Below, in pieces: positions 1 to 10,729 of a DNA stretch of 64,000 nucleotides; position 1 is the first letter of the stretch, and every line of letters starts with the position of its first letter. The DNA is from a phage. Below the pieces are notes generated by a model that worked only from the letters and a program-made list of their open reading frames with translations, was not told where the DNA came from and made no database searches. The DNA lies in assembly GCA_014687725.1 (NCBI GenBank), contig GCA_014687725.1_4094.1; one strand, given 5' to 3'. The position numbers were made by a program, and so were the translations under genes.

Positions 1-22
1 CTAAATAGTTCAGTACTGATAA

Positions 23-224
<202 letters not shown>

Positions 225-228
225 ATTA

Positions 229-300
<72 letters not shown>

Positions 301-321
301 CATAAACAATGAGAGGTATAA

Positions 322-579
<258 letters not shown>

Positions 580-587
580 GAATTTAA

Positions 588-989
588 ATGAAAAAGAATG
601 ACTTGATCAAAATGCTTCAAGAAATTGACGGCAATCCAGAGATTGTTATTTGGAATGGATACGTCGATGATTATATGAACATCGAAAAAGGCTTGACTAA
701 AATCACTCTAGTCAAAGAAACCGAACAGTTTCTTCAGGGTGCATTAGAGCACGAATGGTGTGAACGTAACAATACATTCGACATTCCAGAAGACCAACGA
801 ACCAAGATTGCAGAACGTGCTAAAGAACTGCATAAGAAACGCGAATACGATTTCCAGAACCCATATGTCACTGAAGACGAATTCAATCGCTGGTACGGTA
901 AAAAGAAATTGACAAAGTATGTCCTTTCACCTAAACTACGTGGTAAGACTTCACTTGGTGTATTCAACGCCGCAGACTTAAACTACTAG
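588..989 (+). CDS. hypothetical protein (133 aa), paralog of 1002-1217
   Basis: N-terminus MKKNDLIKMLQEIDGNPEIVIWNGYVDDY resembles MKAKDLIKILQNNPEADILIHASPYDDY of next ORF. Confidence 0.6.
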   Translation: MKKNDLIKMLQEIDGNPEIVIWNGYVDDYMNIEKGLTKITLVKETEQFLQGALEHEWCERNNTFDIPEDQRTKIAERAKELHKKREYDFQNPYVTEDEFNRWYGKKKLTKYVLSPKLRGKTSLGVFNAADLNY

Positions 990-998
990 CGGGTATTA

Positions 999-1363
<365 letters not shown>

Positions 1364-1364
1364 T

Positions 1365-1402
<38 letters not shown>

Positions 1403-1421
1403 AGAGGTACTTCGAGTATGC

Positions 1422-1547
<126 letters not shown>

Positions 1548-1549
1548 TA

Positions 1550-1636
<87 letters not shown>

Positions 1637-1691
1637 GACTGCCAAACAGCTTGAAGTACTTTGTAGTGCTGCACCTATGCCGACACTTGGC

Positions 1692-1792
<101 letters not shown>

Positions 1793-1804
1793 TATCTTAC
1801 TTCT

Positions 1805-1894
<90 letters not shown>

Positions 1895-1900
1895 TACACT

Positions 1901-2326
1901 ATGAAATACAACATTGTTAGAATGGTGAACTATGTATTAAAAAACAACGCATGGTCATTGCATGATGTACAATTAGAAGATATTGGTGAAGTTAGAGTAT
2001 TTTGCTATGATCCAGATTTGAATCAAACCACAGATTTGAGTAAATGTTTTAATATTTTTCTTGGTTATGAATTCAATAATCATTTTTATTCATTTGATGT
2101 GTATTTTGAAAAAGTTATATTCAGAAGTTATGAATGTGATAATGAAGATTATGATTATGATGACGAATCAATTGAATTGAATGTTAACGATATTGATACT
2201 GAAGAAAAATTCTTCCAGTACTGCCTCCTTAACGACATATTAGGATTAACATTTGAGGACATTAAAGCTATACTTAAAGTTCAAAAGTTGATTCCAGAAG
2301 AGGTACTAAATCCATTAAATGACTAG
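1901..2326 (+). CDS. hypothetical protein (141 aa), C-terminal FQY-NDI-GLT motif family
   Basis: C-terminal FFQYCLLNDILGLTFEDIKAIL shared with 2319, 3404, 3825 ORFs. Confidence 0.6.
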   Translation: MKYNIVRMVNYVLKNNAWSLHDVQLEDIGEVRVFCYDPDLNQTTDLSKCFNIFLGYEFNNHFYSFDVYFEKVIFRSYECDNEDYDYDDESIELNVNDIDTEEKFFQYCLLNDILGLTFEDIKAILKVQKLIPEEVLNPLND

Positions 2327-2684
2327 TCTAATAGTACGTATAATGCAAGATGTTTGTAATAACCTTTATACAGGCAATTTTGACGATCCGAACATAAAAA
2401 TATTATGTTATGATGGTTTTACAATGGTACATCCAGCCTATTCAAATAATATCTACGTAGCATATACAGGTGAAAATCTATTATATCAATTTGATATATA
2501 TAGTACAATGACAAAGATAATTTTGGATGCCTCTAAACCAGCAATCTTTATTGCTTCTCATGATTACCATTACACTGAAGAATCACTATTTCAGTACTCA
2601 ATGATTAATGACATTGGTGGGTTGACATTGGATGAGGTTAATGCTATACTAGCTGTCTCACGTTTGGTTAAAACCCACAATTAG
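2319..2684 (+). CDS. hypothetical protein (121 aa), same family
   Basis: C-terminal LFQYSMINDIGGLTLDEVNAIL. Confidence 0.6.
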   Translation: MTSLIVRIMQDVCNNLYTGNFDDPNIKILCYDGFTMVHPAYSNNIYVAYTGENLLYQFDIYSTMTKIILDASKPAIFIASHDYHYTEESLFQYSMINDIGGLTLDEVNAILAVSRLVKTHN

Positions 2685-2693
2685 GAGATTCAT

Positions 2694-2885
2694 ATGTTCT
2701 GGAATTTATTATGCTTGTTTGGTCGTACATTGGTTCTTGCTATTATTCATACACCTGGTATTCGTAATTATGTTTCTTATGAATTTAAGAAAAATTATCA
2801 CAACGGTACTGAAGTTCGTACAACTAAGATGTGCAAAGACTTCAAGGTAGATGTTCCACCATTCAAGAAGTACGAGGATGAATAA
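2694..2885 (+). CDS. hypothetical protein (63 aa)
   Basis: AGGAG RBS 7 nt upstream of ATG. Confidence 0.5.
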   Translation: MFWNLLCLFGRTLVLAIIHTPGIRNYVSYEFKKNYHNGTEVRTTKMCKDFKVDVPPFKKYEDE

Positions 2886-3169
2886 TGGAATTCATTGTTG
2901 CACCTGATGAACTTAAAACATTCACGTTCAGAGATAATAACAATTATCCTTATACAAATCATTCATTGAATTCATTACATGTTATTGCAATCATTGCATC
3001 TGAATACAGGGATAATCCATGTATTGATTTTAAAACCACTGATGGCGAATATACATGGGTGATCCCAAAAGATAAATATAGTTATCAAGGGGCAGTAGAA
3101 ATTCGTGACTCGATTCTAAAACAAATCGAAGATGGAAATACTCATCCTAAACTAAACACTCAGTACTGA
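2885..3169 (+). CDS. hypothetical protein (94 aa)
   Basis: Overlapping stop/start with previous ORF. Confidence 0.5.
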   Translation: MEFIVAPDELKTFTFRDNNNYPYTNHSLNSLHVIAIIASEYRDNPCIDFKTTDGEYTWVIPKDKYSYQGAVEIRDSILKQIEDGNTHPKLNTQY

Positions 3170-3182
3170 AATCGTTTAACCC

Positions 3183-3238
3183 GATAGCTTCTAGTCAGTA
3201 CTGATTCCTCCTTATGTATAGAAGCTATCACTTTTTTA
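3183..3238 (+). terminator. rho-independent terminator-like hairpin (11-bp stem GATAGCTTCTA/TAGAAGCTATC) plus T-run
   Basis: Inverted repeat 3183-3193/3219-3229 followed by TTTTTT; long 25-nt loop contains CAGTACTG. Confidence 0.5.
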
Positions 3239-3325
3239 CGTATAATGATATTACCCTCAAATTCATTATATTCGTTACCCTCTAACAGTATCTTTTTATT
3301 CCTCTTGGATGCTGTAATTTAGAAG

Positions 3326-3385
3326 TTGACTTTTTAACTTCTACTGTGTTATACTTAAGGCTGATTCGATGAATCGGCCTTTTTT
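3326..3385 (+). promoter_or_regulatory. promoter (TTGACT-N18-TATACT) followed by leader hairpin plus T-run
   Basis: TTGACT 3326-3331, TATACT 3350-3355, hairpin GGCTGATTC-GAT-GAATCGGCC 3359-3379, T-run 3380-3385. Confidence 0.45.
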
Positions 3386-3403
3386 CTTATATAGGTGAAT
3401 GCA

Positions 3404-3823
3404 ATGAGTTATTTGTTTACTTTAATTGATAAGTATGTTGACATTGTATACCGTCAAGTTTGTAGTGATACGTTTGAAACAAAAAATCCAATTAGAGATG
3501 GCATTTTTGATGTTGTCGTTGGATCATTTTTGAATGGATACACCGAGACATTATACAACAGTAATAATATTTTTATTTCAGTTCAATCCAGACATACATC
3601 AGACTATGCTGTTAGCATTGATATTTGGGAAAATAATATAGAAATAGATATAACGGAACATACTAACATTTGTGTTGATGATACATTTAATCAATTAACT
3701 GAAGAAATGTACTTGCAGTTGAATTTTGTACATGATCTTACAAATATCAGTTATGATACATTAAGGAAAATATGTTTTCTTAGTGGGGTGATCCGTAGTA
3801 ATATGAGTAAGGATAGGAAGTGA
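3404..3823 (+). CDS. hypothetical protein (139 aa), FQY-NDI-GLT family member
   Basis: Track ORF starts at GTG 3395; first ATG at 3404; C-terminal MYLQLNFVHDLTNISYDTLRKI. Confidence 0.55.
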   Translation: MSYLFTLIDKYVDIVYRQVCSDTFETKNPIRDGIFDVVVGSFLNGYTETLYNSNNIFISVQSRHTSDYAVSIDIWENNIEIDITEHTNICVDDTFNQLTEEMYLQLNFVHDLTNISYDTLRKICFLSGVIRSNMSKDRK

Positions 3824-3824
3824 A

Positions 3825-4241
3825 ATGTTAAAAATTCCACCTAAGTCGTTAACACATCTTATTGAATGTGGTGTAATATTTTCCGAAGGTGATACCTCAT
3901 CATACACATTGGTCGATGAACCTTATAATTTTTCATACCAATCTTATAAAAATAATTCTAAAATTTCTTGTAGATATGCTGAAAACATATTAATAGATGT
4001 TTCGTTACATAATGTTCCGAAATTTTACATTGATATCTTTGGTGATTCTTTGACAATTCGAACATATGATTATTTTATTAACAAAGACCTCTTGAATCTT
4101 CCAATTGAACATGATAGTATAGATTCAGAACTTTTCTTTCAACTATCAACTGTTTATGATTTACAGGGTTTAACTGTTGAACAGTTGAATGGTATTTTTG
4201 AGATTTCACGAAACATACGAAGCAGGAACACAAATGTCTAA
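3825..4241 (+). CDS. hypothetical protein (138 aa), same family
   Basis: C-terminal LFFQLSTVYDLQGLTVEQLNGIF. Confidence 0.6.
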   Translation: MLKIPPKSLTHLIECGVIFSEGDTSSYTLVDEPYNFSYQSYKNNSKISCRYAENILIDVSLHNVPKFYIDIFGDSLTIRTYDYFINKDLLNLPIEHDSIDSELFFQLSTVYDLQGLTVEQLNGIFEISRNIRSRNTNV

Positions 4242-4644
4242 TATTTTAAATGAAAAAACAGTTGATGTTGCTATTGGCGTTCTTAACACCGCAACTTCAT
4301 TTCAGAAGAAACACAGTGTTGTATACTTTGGTGAAGATTGTTGGCTGAACTATACTAATAATTCGTTTATAATTCGTGTAGAGGCTGATGATATTGGATT
4401 AACCGTTCAGGTAGGATATACCAAAACTGGTAAACAAATCACTGTCATTGTCGATAAACTTACGTCTTCTTTTTATGATAGTATAAATGATTGTGAACAC
4501 TATAGTTCAACATTTTATGATACCGAAGAAGAACATTTTATGGATAGTACTGTTAAAGAGTTAGCTATTCCATATAATCTAATGAAAGCCGTGAGTGATT
4601 TAATTTTAAAATATAAAAAAATAGGAGTTACTAATGCAATTTAA
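4234..4644 (+). CDS. hypothetical protein (136 aa)
   Basis: Internal ATG with AGGA upstream; track ORF 4189-4644. Confidence 0.5.
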   Translation: MSNILNEKTVDVAIGVLNTATSFQKKHSVVYFGEDCWLNYTNNSFIIRVEADDIGLTVQVGYTKTGKQITVIVDKLTSSFYDSINDCEHYSSTFYDTEEEHFMDSTVKELAIPYNLMKAVSDLILKYKKIGVTNAI

Positions 4645-5080
4645 TGGTAAAGTTTCCAAAGTAGGTTTGGTTTTTGAAAACTGTGAATTTGTTGATATTG
4701 ATGTAAAGAATGTTTTATGGATGCATATTGCTGATGAGAAGACTCTTTGTAGCCGTTTTTCAAACGGACTGACAATTAGTACTGTTATCGGTGAGTTTGG
4801 TATTGCTTTACGCAGCAATACACCATCTGATTTCATGGATAACTCTACATTGTTGGAACGTTTGAAAATGCGTGACGTGACACACGTTTATCTTTATGAT
4901 ACTAACGGTGTTATTCAACGTTATGTAGTCGAATGGGCTGATTACAACCTTAATGGGCAATATTCAGTTAACCAGCGTGTTCAACTAACGCCCGGTGGAA
5001 ATATTGTGTTTGTTAGTTCAACTGGCAAATTAATCAGTGTAGATGATAAAAACATTGACCTATTCACAGCATATAACTAA
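4634..5080 (+). CDS. hypothetical protein (148 aa)
   Basis: ORF in codirectional cluster. Confidence 0.55.
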   Translation: MQFNGKVSKVGLVFENCEFVDIDVKNVLWMHIADEKTLCSRFSNGLTISTVIGEFGIALRSNTPSDFMDNSTLLERLKMRDVTHVYLYDTNGVIQRYVVEWADYNLNGQYSVNQRVQLTPGGNIVFVSSTGKLISVDDKNIDLFTAYN

Positions 5081-5091
5081 TACGAGCTTCT

Positions 5092-5511
5092 ATGAAAACA
5101 ATCAAAATTCATTTCAAAGACACTTGGACAGAAGTAAGTACTGGTAATATTCAGGATATTTTATATAGTACTGAAACTATTCATGTTTATGATGAAGAAA
5201 CTGCTGCCGAGCAGTTAAAAGTTTTGCATCGTAGTGTTGGTGAGCACACTGAATATGGAATTAAACATACTCGTGAATTACTTAATACTAATCACATTGA
5301 AACCCGTAAAGCAAACTTATCAAAAGAAGAAATGTTTGATTTCATCCTGAACCATAAAGTTCATATTGAACCTGATGGGTCGATATGGGAGAACACTGCT
5401 GGACAAAAAGTGCTGAAAAAATATCATGTTTCTATTGATAATGTAAAAATGTCAGGGTATGATTTGGAAGATGCAATTAATGAATATGTATCTAGGCAGA
5501 GGGCAAATTGA
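5092..5511 (+). CDS. hypothetical protein (139 aa)
   Basis: ORF in codirectional cluster. Confidence 0.55.
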   Translation: MKTIKIHFKDTWTEVSTGNIQDILYSTETIHVYDEETAAEQLKVLHRSVGEHTEYGIKHTRELLNTNHIETRKANLSKEEMFDFILNHKVHIEPDGSIWENTAGQKVLKKYHVSIDNVKMSGYDLEDAINEYVSRQRAN

Positions 5512-5882
5512 TGAGCTTGATCACATTTACAATTATTTGTTGCATTACTATTGTACTTTGTCGCCTGATTCATGTATACTCATATCATAAAGCGTTGCGA
5601 ATCGAACAAGAGATTTACAACGAAAACCGAGAACCAGAACCAGTCAAGAAGCCACCTTCCCCTTATGGGTTGAAACGTGAGATGCATTCTCAAAGTAAAA
5701 AGTGGGGTTATGCAATTACTAAAAATGGCTACATCTACACTGCAAGTAATGGTTATTTTCAAATTCACCACGAATTAGAAGTGGCAGTTCAAATTTTGTG
5801 GGAGATGGAGGACATTGGTGGTTATGAGCGTACTAAGTTTGAATTCATATCAAATGATCCAGGAACTTCACGAGAAACATGA
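5508..5882 (+). CDS. hypothetical membrane protein (124 aa)
   Basis: N-terminal hydrophobic helix LITFTIICCITIVLCRLI. Confidence 0.5.
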   Translation: MMSLITFTIICCITIVLCRLIHVYSYHKALRIEQEIYNENREPEPVKKPPSPYGLKREMHSQSKKWGYAITKNGYIYTASNGYFQIHHELEVAVQILWEMEDIGGYERTKFEFISNDPGTSRET

Positions 5883-6027
5883 TATAATTGTTGATGTGGA
5901 GAAGAAGGAAGTCGTTATGAAAACGCAAGCATATAGAATTTTAGAAGACTTCCATCTAAAAGCATTTATAATGAAGTTCTGTACAGATGAACATCTTACC
6001 GGACGAGTAATACGTAAGGAGTTGTAA

Positions 6028-6369
6028 ATGAACTTAAGTTCAACAATTCAGTACTTGAGCAGTAACTTCGAGAAAATTATTTCTCGCGGTGGGATGATTG
6101 TACACCCAGAAACAGAGGAAATGTACATCATTGGATTTGATAAAAATTCTTATGATCAAGTACTTGTAATTTCCAAGTTAGAAAGTTATAATGAAGTTGT
6201 TCAGTTTTGCTGTACCGAATTTGGTATCTATATTAAAGACGCTGAAACTAATACAATTTCGCATTATTTTTATCACACACTGATGGGTACTAAAGATTTC
6301 GGATTGAAGTTCAATGATTTAGTACAATGTCACTATATGTTTAAAACCTTCCCAGCTAGTGGGCACTAA
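6028..6369 (+). CDS. hypothetical protein (113 aa)
   Basis: ORF in codirectional cluster. Confidence 0.55.
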   Translation: MNLSSTIQYLSSNFEKIISRGGMIVHPETEEMYIIGFDKNSYDQVLVISKLESYNEVVQFCCTEFGIYIKDAETNTISHYFYHTLMGTKDFGLKFNDLVQCHYMFKTFPASGH

Positions 6370-6382
6370 GGAGTATATCAAT

Positions 6383-7171
6383 ATGAGCAACATTTTCTTC
6401 AAAACTATTTCTTTCAAAAAAGCATCTTACTCCTACGCCTACGTTGATGGTAAAGTGCTTAATATTGTACTGGATGGTGTTGATGTACCAGTTGAATTTA
6501 AAACACATGAAGAAGCAGTTGAAGGTGCTAAAGAATTGAATTCAATTCTTAATGGTGAAGTAAGTCAAAAACAAAATGTAAAATCTGATTTAGATGTACT
6601 TTTGGAAAAAATCAAAACTGGTGAAGTATTAGAAATTTTAGACAACTGTAATGAAAAACTTCGTAATGTAGTTAATAATGTTCGTGACCAGATTCAAGAA
6701 AAAGCACTAGAGCAAGCATTCAAACATGTATCCAAGAATGCTGAATCTCGTATTGATGGTATGGTTAAAAATCTTGATGATGTACTATCCCATCTCTTTA
6801 CTAAAGAATACGAACAAGAAGTTGAAGAAGAACCAGTAAAAGAAACCAAAAAAGAAAAACGTAGCTTTGGTTCAGGTGATGATGTGTTTGGCTTTACGAA
6901 TGTCCGAACAAGTGCAGATGAACCAAAAGAAATTAGTGAGATGCTCATTGGTGACATGACAACTAAGCAGCTTCGTAATGAAATTGACAAGTTTGTAACT
7001 AGTTGTATCAAATCAGAACGTGCACAAAGTATGTTTAAAAGCATTAGTGAGAACTTTGGTCCAGAAGCAACTGAGCAGGCACTAACTGCATTTAAAGAAT
7101 TGATTTATAATGTAGCCATTAGCAATCCAGATAAAACACTTGAAGAAGTTCTACGTGACAATTTCAAATAA
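6383..7171 (+). CDS. hypothetical protein (262 aa), acidic/coiled-coil-like
   Basis: Track ORF begins at GTG 6359; GGAG RBS 8 nt upstream of ATG 6383. Confidence 0.6.
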   Translation: MSNIFFKTISFKKASYSYAYVDGKVLNIVLDGVDVPVEFKTHEEAVEGAKELNSILNGEVSQKQNVKSDLDVLLEKIKTGEVLEILDNCNEKLRNVVNNVRDQIQEKALEQAFKHVSKNAESRIDGMVKNLDDVLSHLFTKEYEQEVEEEPVKETKKEKRSFGSGDDVFGFTNVRTSADEPKEISEMLIGDMTTKQLRNEIDKFVTSCIKSERAQSMFKSISENFGPEATEQALTAFKELIYNVAISNPDKTLEEVLRDNFK

Positions 7172-7186
7172 TTAGATAAAATTAAA

Positions 7187-7213
7187 GCCACTACAATGTA
7201 GTGGCTTTTTTTT
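7187..7213. terminator. bidirectional intrinsic terminator between convergent genes
   Basis: Hairpin GCCACTACA/TGTAGTGGC 7187-7205 flanked by A-run and T-run. Confidence 0.65.
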
Positions 7214-7214
7214 A

Positions 7215-8369
7215 TTATGCGTTGTAACCAACTATTACGACTGAGCAGTCAAGCGGTTCTACTACTTTAAGAATTACATTATCATCTTCATCCACTTGTA
7301 TTTCACTATGAACTACATGATTGTCTGAAGAATATAATTGAACTTGTGGTAGTGCTTTACCATGTTCAGTTACTGGAACTGAGATAGAGTACATAGAGTC
7401 TTCACCGAGAACCCACTCACTTAAAGTATATTCTTTATGGAAAGGAGTAGTATGCAGTGTTTTTCCGATTATACTCAAAGAAACAGGTAAATTATCAGTT
7501 TGATACACAGTAATATTACCTTCTGCGTCTACAGAAAGATCTACACCAACTTGATATAAGTCACCACTGTATGCTTGAAGTGCTAAGTACTGTCCACGAT
7601 CATGAACATCAAATGGAACAACCGCAGAAAATACACCTTCCGAAACAGGTTCAAATTGGGATAGAAGAACTGATGTAACAAAATCAATATCCTCACCACT
7701 TTCAAGAACATCAAATTCCACCACTTTAGTGTTATAATATGGAGAAGTGAGCGTAGCAGTACCTTTCCCTGATTGTGTGATAACATCAACTGGAATTGTA
7801 AATGCATCATTAACAAATTGGGTAGTAAAGTATTCTGTCCCGTCTGGTAATACGATTGTTATTACCATACCGTTAGTATCAATTTCTGAACCAGTGTTGA
7901 ATAATTTACCACTAATTGAGTCATTACCAACAAATACTGGTGAAATGAGAATATTATCTATATCACGATCTATAATACCACATTCAGGTGTATACATATG
8001 ATACAAGGTTTGTGAACTACCTAAAATTGTTTTATGTAGCATGAATTTATATACAAATCCAGTATCAGTTTCTTGTGGCTCTTCGGAATATCCACGAACA
8101 AAGAAACAATTTTTATTAATTTCACTTAATAGTTGGTCATTAGTTTTATTGTAATTTAATAGATAACCTTTATTATCTTTAGTTGTTATTTGTACTTTAC
8201 GATATATTATATTAGTTCTTGGGTCAACTAAATCATATAATCTATGGCTTCTTTGGCGATAGATTCTAATATTTTTTAGTCTAGTTCCATCGTTGAGGAT
8301 TGCACCATCAACAACATAACCACATTCACCAAACTTATAGCGTCCAGCCGCAGCAATTGACCTTGACAT
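7215..8369 (-). CDS. hypothetical protein (384 aa); lone minus-strand gene, possibly structural or adhesin-like
   Basis: Long ORF, GGAGGG RBS and TATAAT upstream on minus strand, terminator downstream. Confidence 0.65.
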   Translation of the reverse strand: MSRSIAAAGRYKFGECGYVVDGAILNDGTRLKNIRIYRQRSHRLYDLVDPRTNIIYRKVQITTKDNKGYLLNYNKTNDQLLSEINKNCFFVRGYSEEPQETDTGFVYKFMLHKTILGSSQTLYHMYTPECGIIDRDIDNILISPVFVGNDSISGKLFNTGSEIDTNGMVITIVLPDGTEYFTTQFVNDAFTIPVDVITQSGKGTATLTSPYYNTKVVEFDVLESGEDIDFVTSVLLSQFEPVSEGVFSAVVPFDVHDRGQYLALQAYSGDLYQVGVDLSVDAEGNITVYQTDNLPVSLSIIGKTLHTTPFHKEYTLSEWVLGEDSMYSISVPVTEHGKALPQVQLYSSDNHVVHSEIQVDEDDNVILKVVEPLDCSVVIVGYNA

Positions 8370-8429
8370 TTATCCCTCCATTGGTATAATTATTATAACG
8401 TATTTATTATGCATATCCAAAAAATGAGC

Positions 8430-8458
8430 TTGACTGGTGTATGATTTGGTGTTATCAT
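8430..8458 (+). promoter_or_regulatory. sigma70-type promoter TTGACT-N17-TATCAT (divergent from minus-strand gene)
   Basis: TTGACT 8430-8435, TATCAT 8453-8458; GAGG RBS before ATG 8486. Confidence 0.5.
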
Positions 8459-8485
8459 GTAGTGAATGAATAATGAGGTGTTTTT

Positions 8486-9070
8486 ATGAATGTTATTGAT
8501 AATAGATTAGTACTGAAAAATGGAAAAATGACTGTTAAGTTATATAAAGATGAAGCTGATTCTTTTATGGCAAAAGCGATTGAAAAATCAGAACGATATA
8601 AACTTTTGGCTCCAGCAAGTAAATCGCCATATGGTTTTAATCATGCACATAGTCATTTTGTTGGTATGGTGTGTGAGCACGCATCTTTAGTACTTTTTAA
8701 TGAAATTGAAAACAATACTGGTATTAAACTTAATATCGATCCAGCATTCCAAAATGAAGCACGTGACGGTGAATGTGATATTAAGGTAAACAACCTTCGT
8801 ATTGAAGTAAAAGGTATCAAGTATAAATCATGGACTGACTTTGGACCATGTGTTAGTACTCGACAGTTAAAAAATATCCAGAAAAAAGCTGACGTAATAC
8901 TATGGGTATTGTATAATGAGAAAAAACAAGAGTTCACGTTTGAGGGATTCAACTATGTAAAAGATATTAGTTCTATCCCAGTTATCCTCACTGGTGTACC
9001 AGGGCGACCAATGATTGAAAATCACCCAGTACTCGGTATTATGAAACCACTACAGGAGTTACCATTGTGA
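8486..9070 (+). CDS. hypothetical protein (194 aa); weak PD-(D/E)xK-like D...EVK motif
   Basis: ORF with RBS; motif ECDIKVNNLRIEVKG. Confidence 0.55.
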   Translation: MNVIDNRLVLKNGKMTVKLYKDEADSFMAKAIEKSERYKLLAPASKSPYGFNHAHSHFVGMVCEHASLVLFNEIENNTGIKLNIDPAFQNEARDGECDIKVNNLRIEVKGIKYKSWTDFGPCVSTRQLKNIQKKADVILWVLYNEKKQEFTFEGFNYVKDISSIPVILTGVPGRPMIENHPVLGIMKPLQELPL

Positions 9071-9294
9071 TTACTGCAACTGTATATCAAGATATCAATG
9101 AAGAATTTCATTCTAAAATTGCGTTCTTATCATTTCCTGTACTCCCAGTAGTTGGGTCAACGTTGAATCTTACCATTTGTGGGTTTGAGAAATATTATAA
9201 AGTTCTAGATATTGAGTACTGTGCTGATGTATATTCATGTAATAGTGAAATTGCAATTCCAGTATCAATCGATATTATTGTAAAAGAGGTTTGA
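9067..9294 (+). CDS. hypothetical protein (75 aa)
   Basis: GTG start overlapping previous stop, GGAG upstream. Confidence 0.4.
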   Translation: MITATVYQDINEEFHSKIAFLSFPVLPVVGSTLNLTICGFEKYYKVLDIEYCADVYSCNSEIAIPVSIDIIVKEV

Positions 9295-9296
9295 TT

Positions 9297-9752
9297 ATGT
9301 TTAAGAATTTTATGGTTATCGTAGCAGTACTGTTTGGTACATCATGTTTTATTTCCCCAGTACACGCAGAAGAACAACGTCAAACTATTAAAACTATTGG
9401 GACTGGTAAAACTCCCCCTAAACGTACTGCTGACGAATACATGCCTGAAATGCGTGAACGTTATCGTCAGACATACAGGGAAAAACATGCTAATGATAAA
9501 CCCATCAAGAAGCATAAATGGGAAGTTGTTAAATCTCCTTCATTTTGTGCTGGATATGCTAAAGTAAAGATTGAGCAGCACAAAAACCAGTACTATAAAG
9601 ATATGTATTACTTCTATGACTCCAGAATTTCTGACACAGATATGATGGCAGGGAAGGTTGATAAAGAAGAATTTCTACAAGGCTATGATATGATGGACGA
9701 TGACAAAATCATGGAATGCGTTGAAGTGTATGAAAAATACAGAGGCTTCTGA
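9297..9752 (+). CDS. hypothetical secreted protein (151 aa)
   Basis: Signal-peptide-like N-terminus MFKNFMVIVAVLFGTSCFISPVHA; GAGG RBS; track ORF starts TTG 9291. Confidence 0.55.
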   Translation: MFKNFMVIVAVLFGTSCFISPVHAEEQRQTIKTIGTGKTPPKRTADEYMPEMRERYRQTYREKHANDKPIKKHKWEVVKSPSFCAGYAKVKIEQHKNQYYKDMYYFYDSRISDTDMMAGKVDKEEFLQGYDMMDDDKIMECVEVYEKYRGF

Positions 9753-10228
9753 TGTTAACAATAGTGTTGTTGGTAAGTCCATTTGTGTATTTTGTGCTGT
9801 ATAATATTTTTAGTAATGCTAATCATTTTAAATATGCACAAACAATTGCAAAGCATGAAGGTTTTTGGAATTTTTTCCCAGCATTACTATGCTCATATCT
9901 ATACCATGAACGCTATTTCATTTTTCCTGAATATAAAAATTATGGTTATGATTCTAAAGTAAATGGTATAATTGAGTACTGTATAAGAAATTATCTTAAT
10001 AATAATGATAACGTCCAAGTAAGAATAGGAAATGGTAATATATCAAGAATAGTTTTCATACCTGATATACAAGATCCAATATACTTATATCCATATGATT
10101 ATAGTATTAGTGTAGGTTGTTCGATACATGGTAGTAAATCTATGTACGATTACTTTATCTTACCACCAACACAAATTAGATTAATAGAAAAATATTTGAG
10201 GGAAAAGTTTGACAACAAAGATTCTTAG
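9752..10228 (+). CDS. hypothetical membrane protein (158 aa)
   Basis: N-terminal hydrophobic segment; ATG overlaps previous stop (TGATG). Confidence 0.5.
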   Translation: MLTIVLLVSPFVYFVLYNIFSNANHFKYAQTIAKHEGFWNFFPALLCSYLYHERYFIFPEYKNYGYDSKVNGIIEYCIRNYLNNNDNVQVRIGNGNISRIVFIPDIQDPIYLYPYDYSISVGCSIHGSKSMYDYFILPPTQIRLIEKYLREKFDNKDS

Positions 10229-10269
10229 TATTATAATTAACACACCAAGTAACCCAAGGGGGATGGAAA

Positions 10270-10728
10270 ATGGATGTATTAGCTACAAATTTCAAACGTA
10301 ATGTTGAAGAGCGTGAAGGTTATTTTAGTATTAGTGAAGTTGTCGATGACAATTTTAAACAATACATTTTTAATAGTGCAATTAAATTAAAATGCACAAA
10401 AGATTCACCTGATCGTAGCTTTACTAAATGGATTGCGTATTGGGAAGATTCACCAGTTGCAATTGAAATGACTGTGATTACAACAGTACTTGAAACTGGT
10501 TACATCAAAGCCATTATAGTTGATAAGAAAGTCCGTACTCTTGATGAAATTAATCCATATCCAGCCCGAAATTCTAAAGTTTTTGGTGTGTTGGTTGATG
10601 GTAAATTTATGATAGAAAAAGATGCAAAGGAATATGTAATTAATAAACTTCAAACTACATCAGAAAAAAAGGAAGTAGTGGACCAAAACTCTGTTGATGC
10701 AATCAAAAAAGCATGGGGACTAAAGTAA
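10270..10728 (+). CDS. hypothetical protein (152 aa)
   Basis: ORF with G-rich RBS. Confidence 0.55.
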   Translation: MDVLATNFKRNVEEREGYFSISEVVDDNFKQYIFNSAIKLKCTKDSPDRSFTKWIAYWEDSPVAIEMTVITTVLETGYIKAIIVDKKVRTLDEINPYPARNSKVFGVLVDGKFMIEKDAKEYVINKLQTTSEKKEVVDQNSVDAIKKAWGLK

Positions 10729-10729
10729 T

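Noticed and set aside
734-967. Antisense or overlapping track ORFs within stronger genes (for example 734-967, 6694-7044, 7583-8001, 8653-8952, 10450-10653, 26310-27217, 42163-42465, 43140-43964, 51128-51652, 53897-54416)
   Set aside because: Each lies inside or antisense to a longer ORF with clear start signals and family support; no independent RBS, promoter or conservation evidence.
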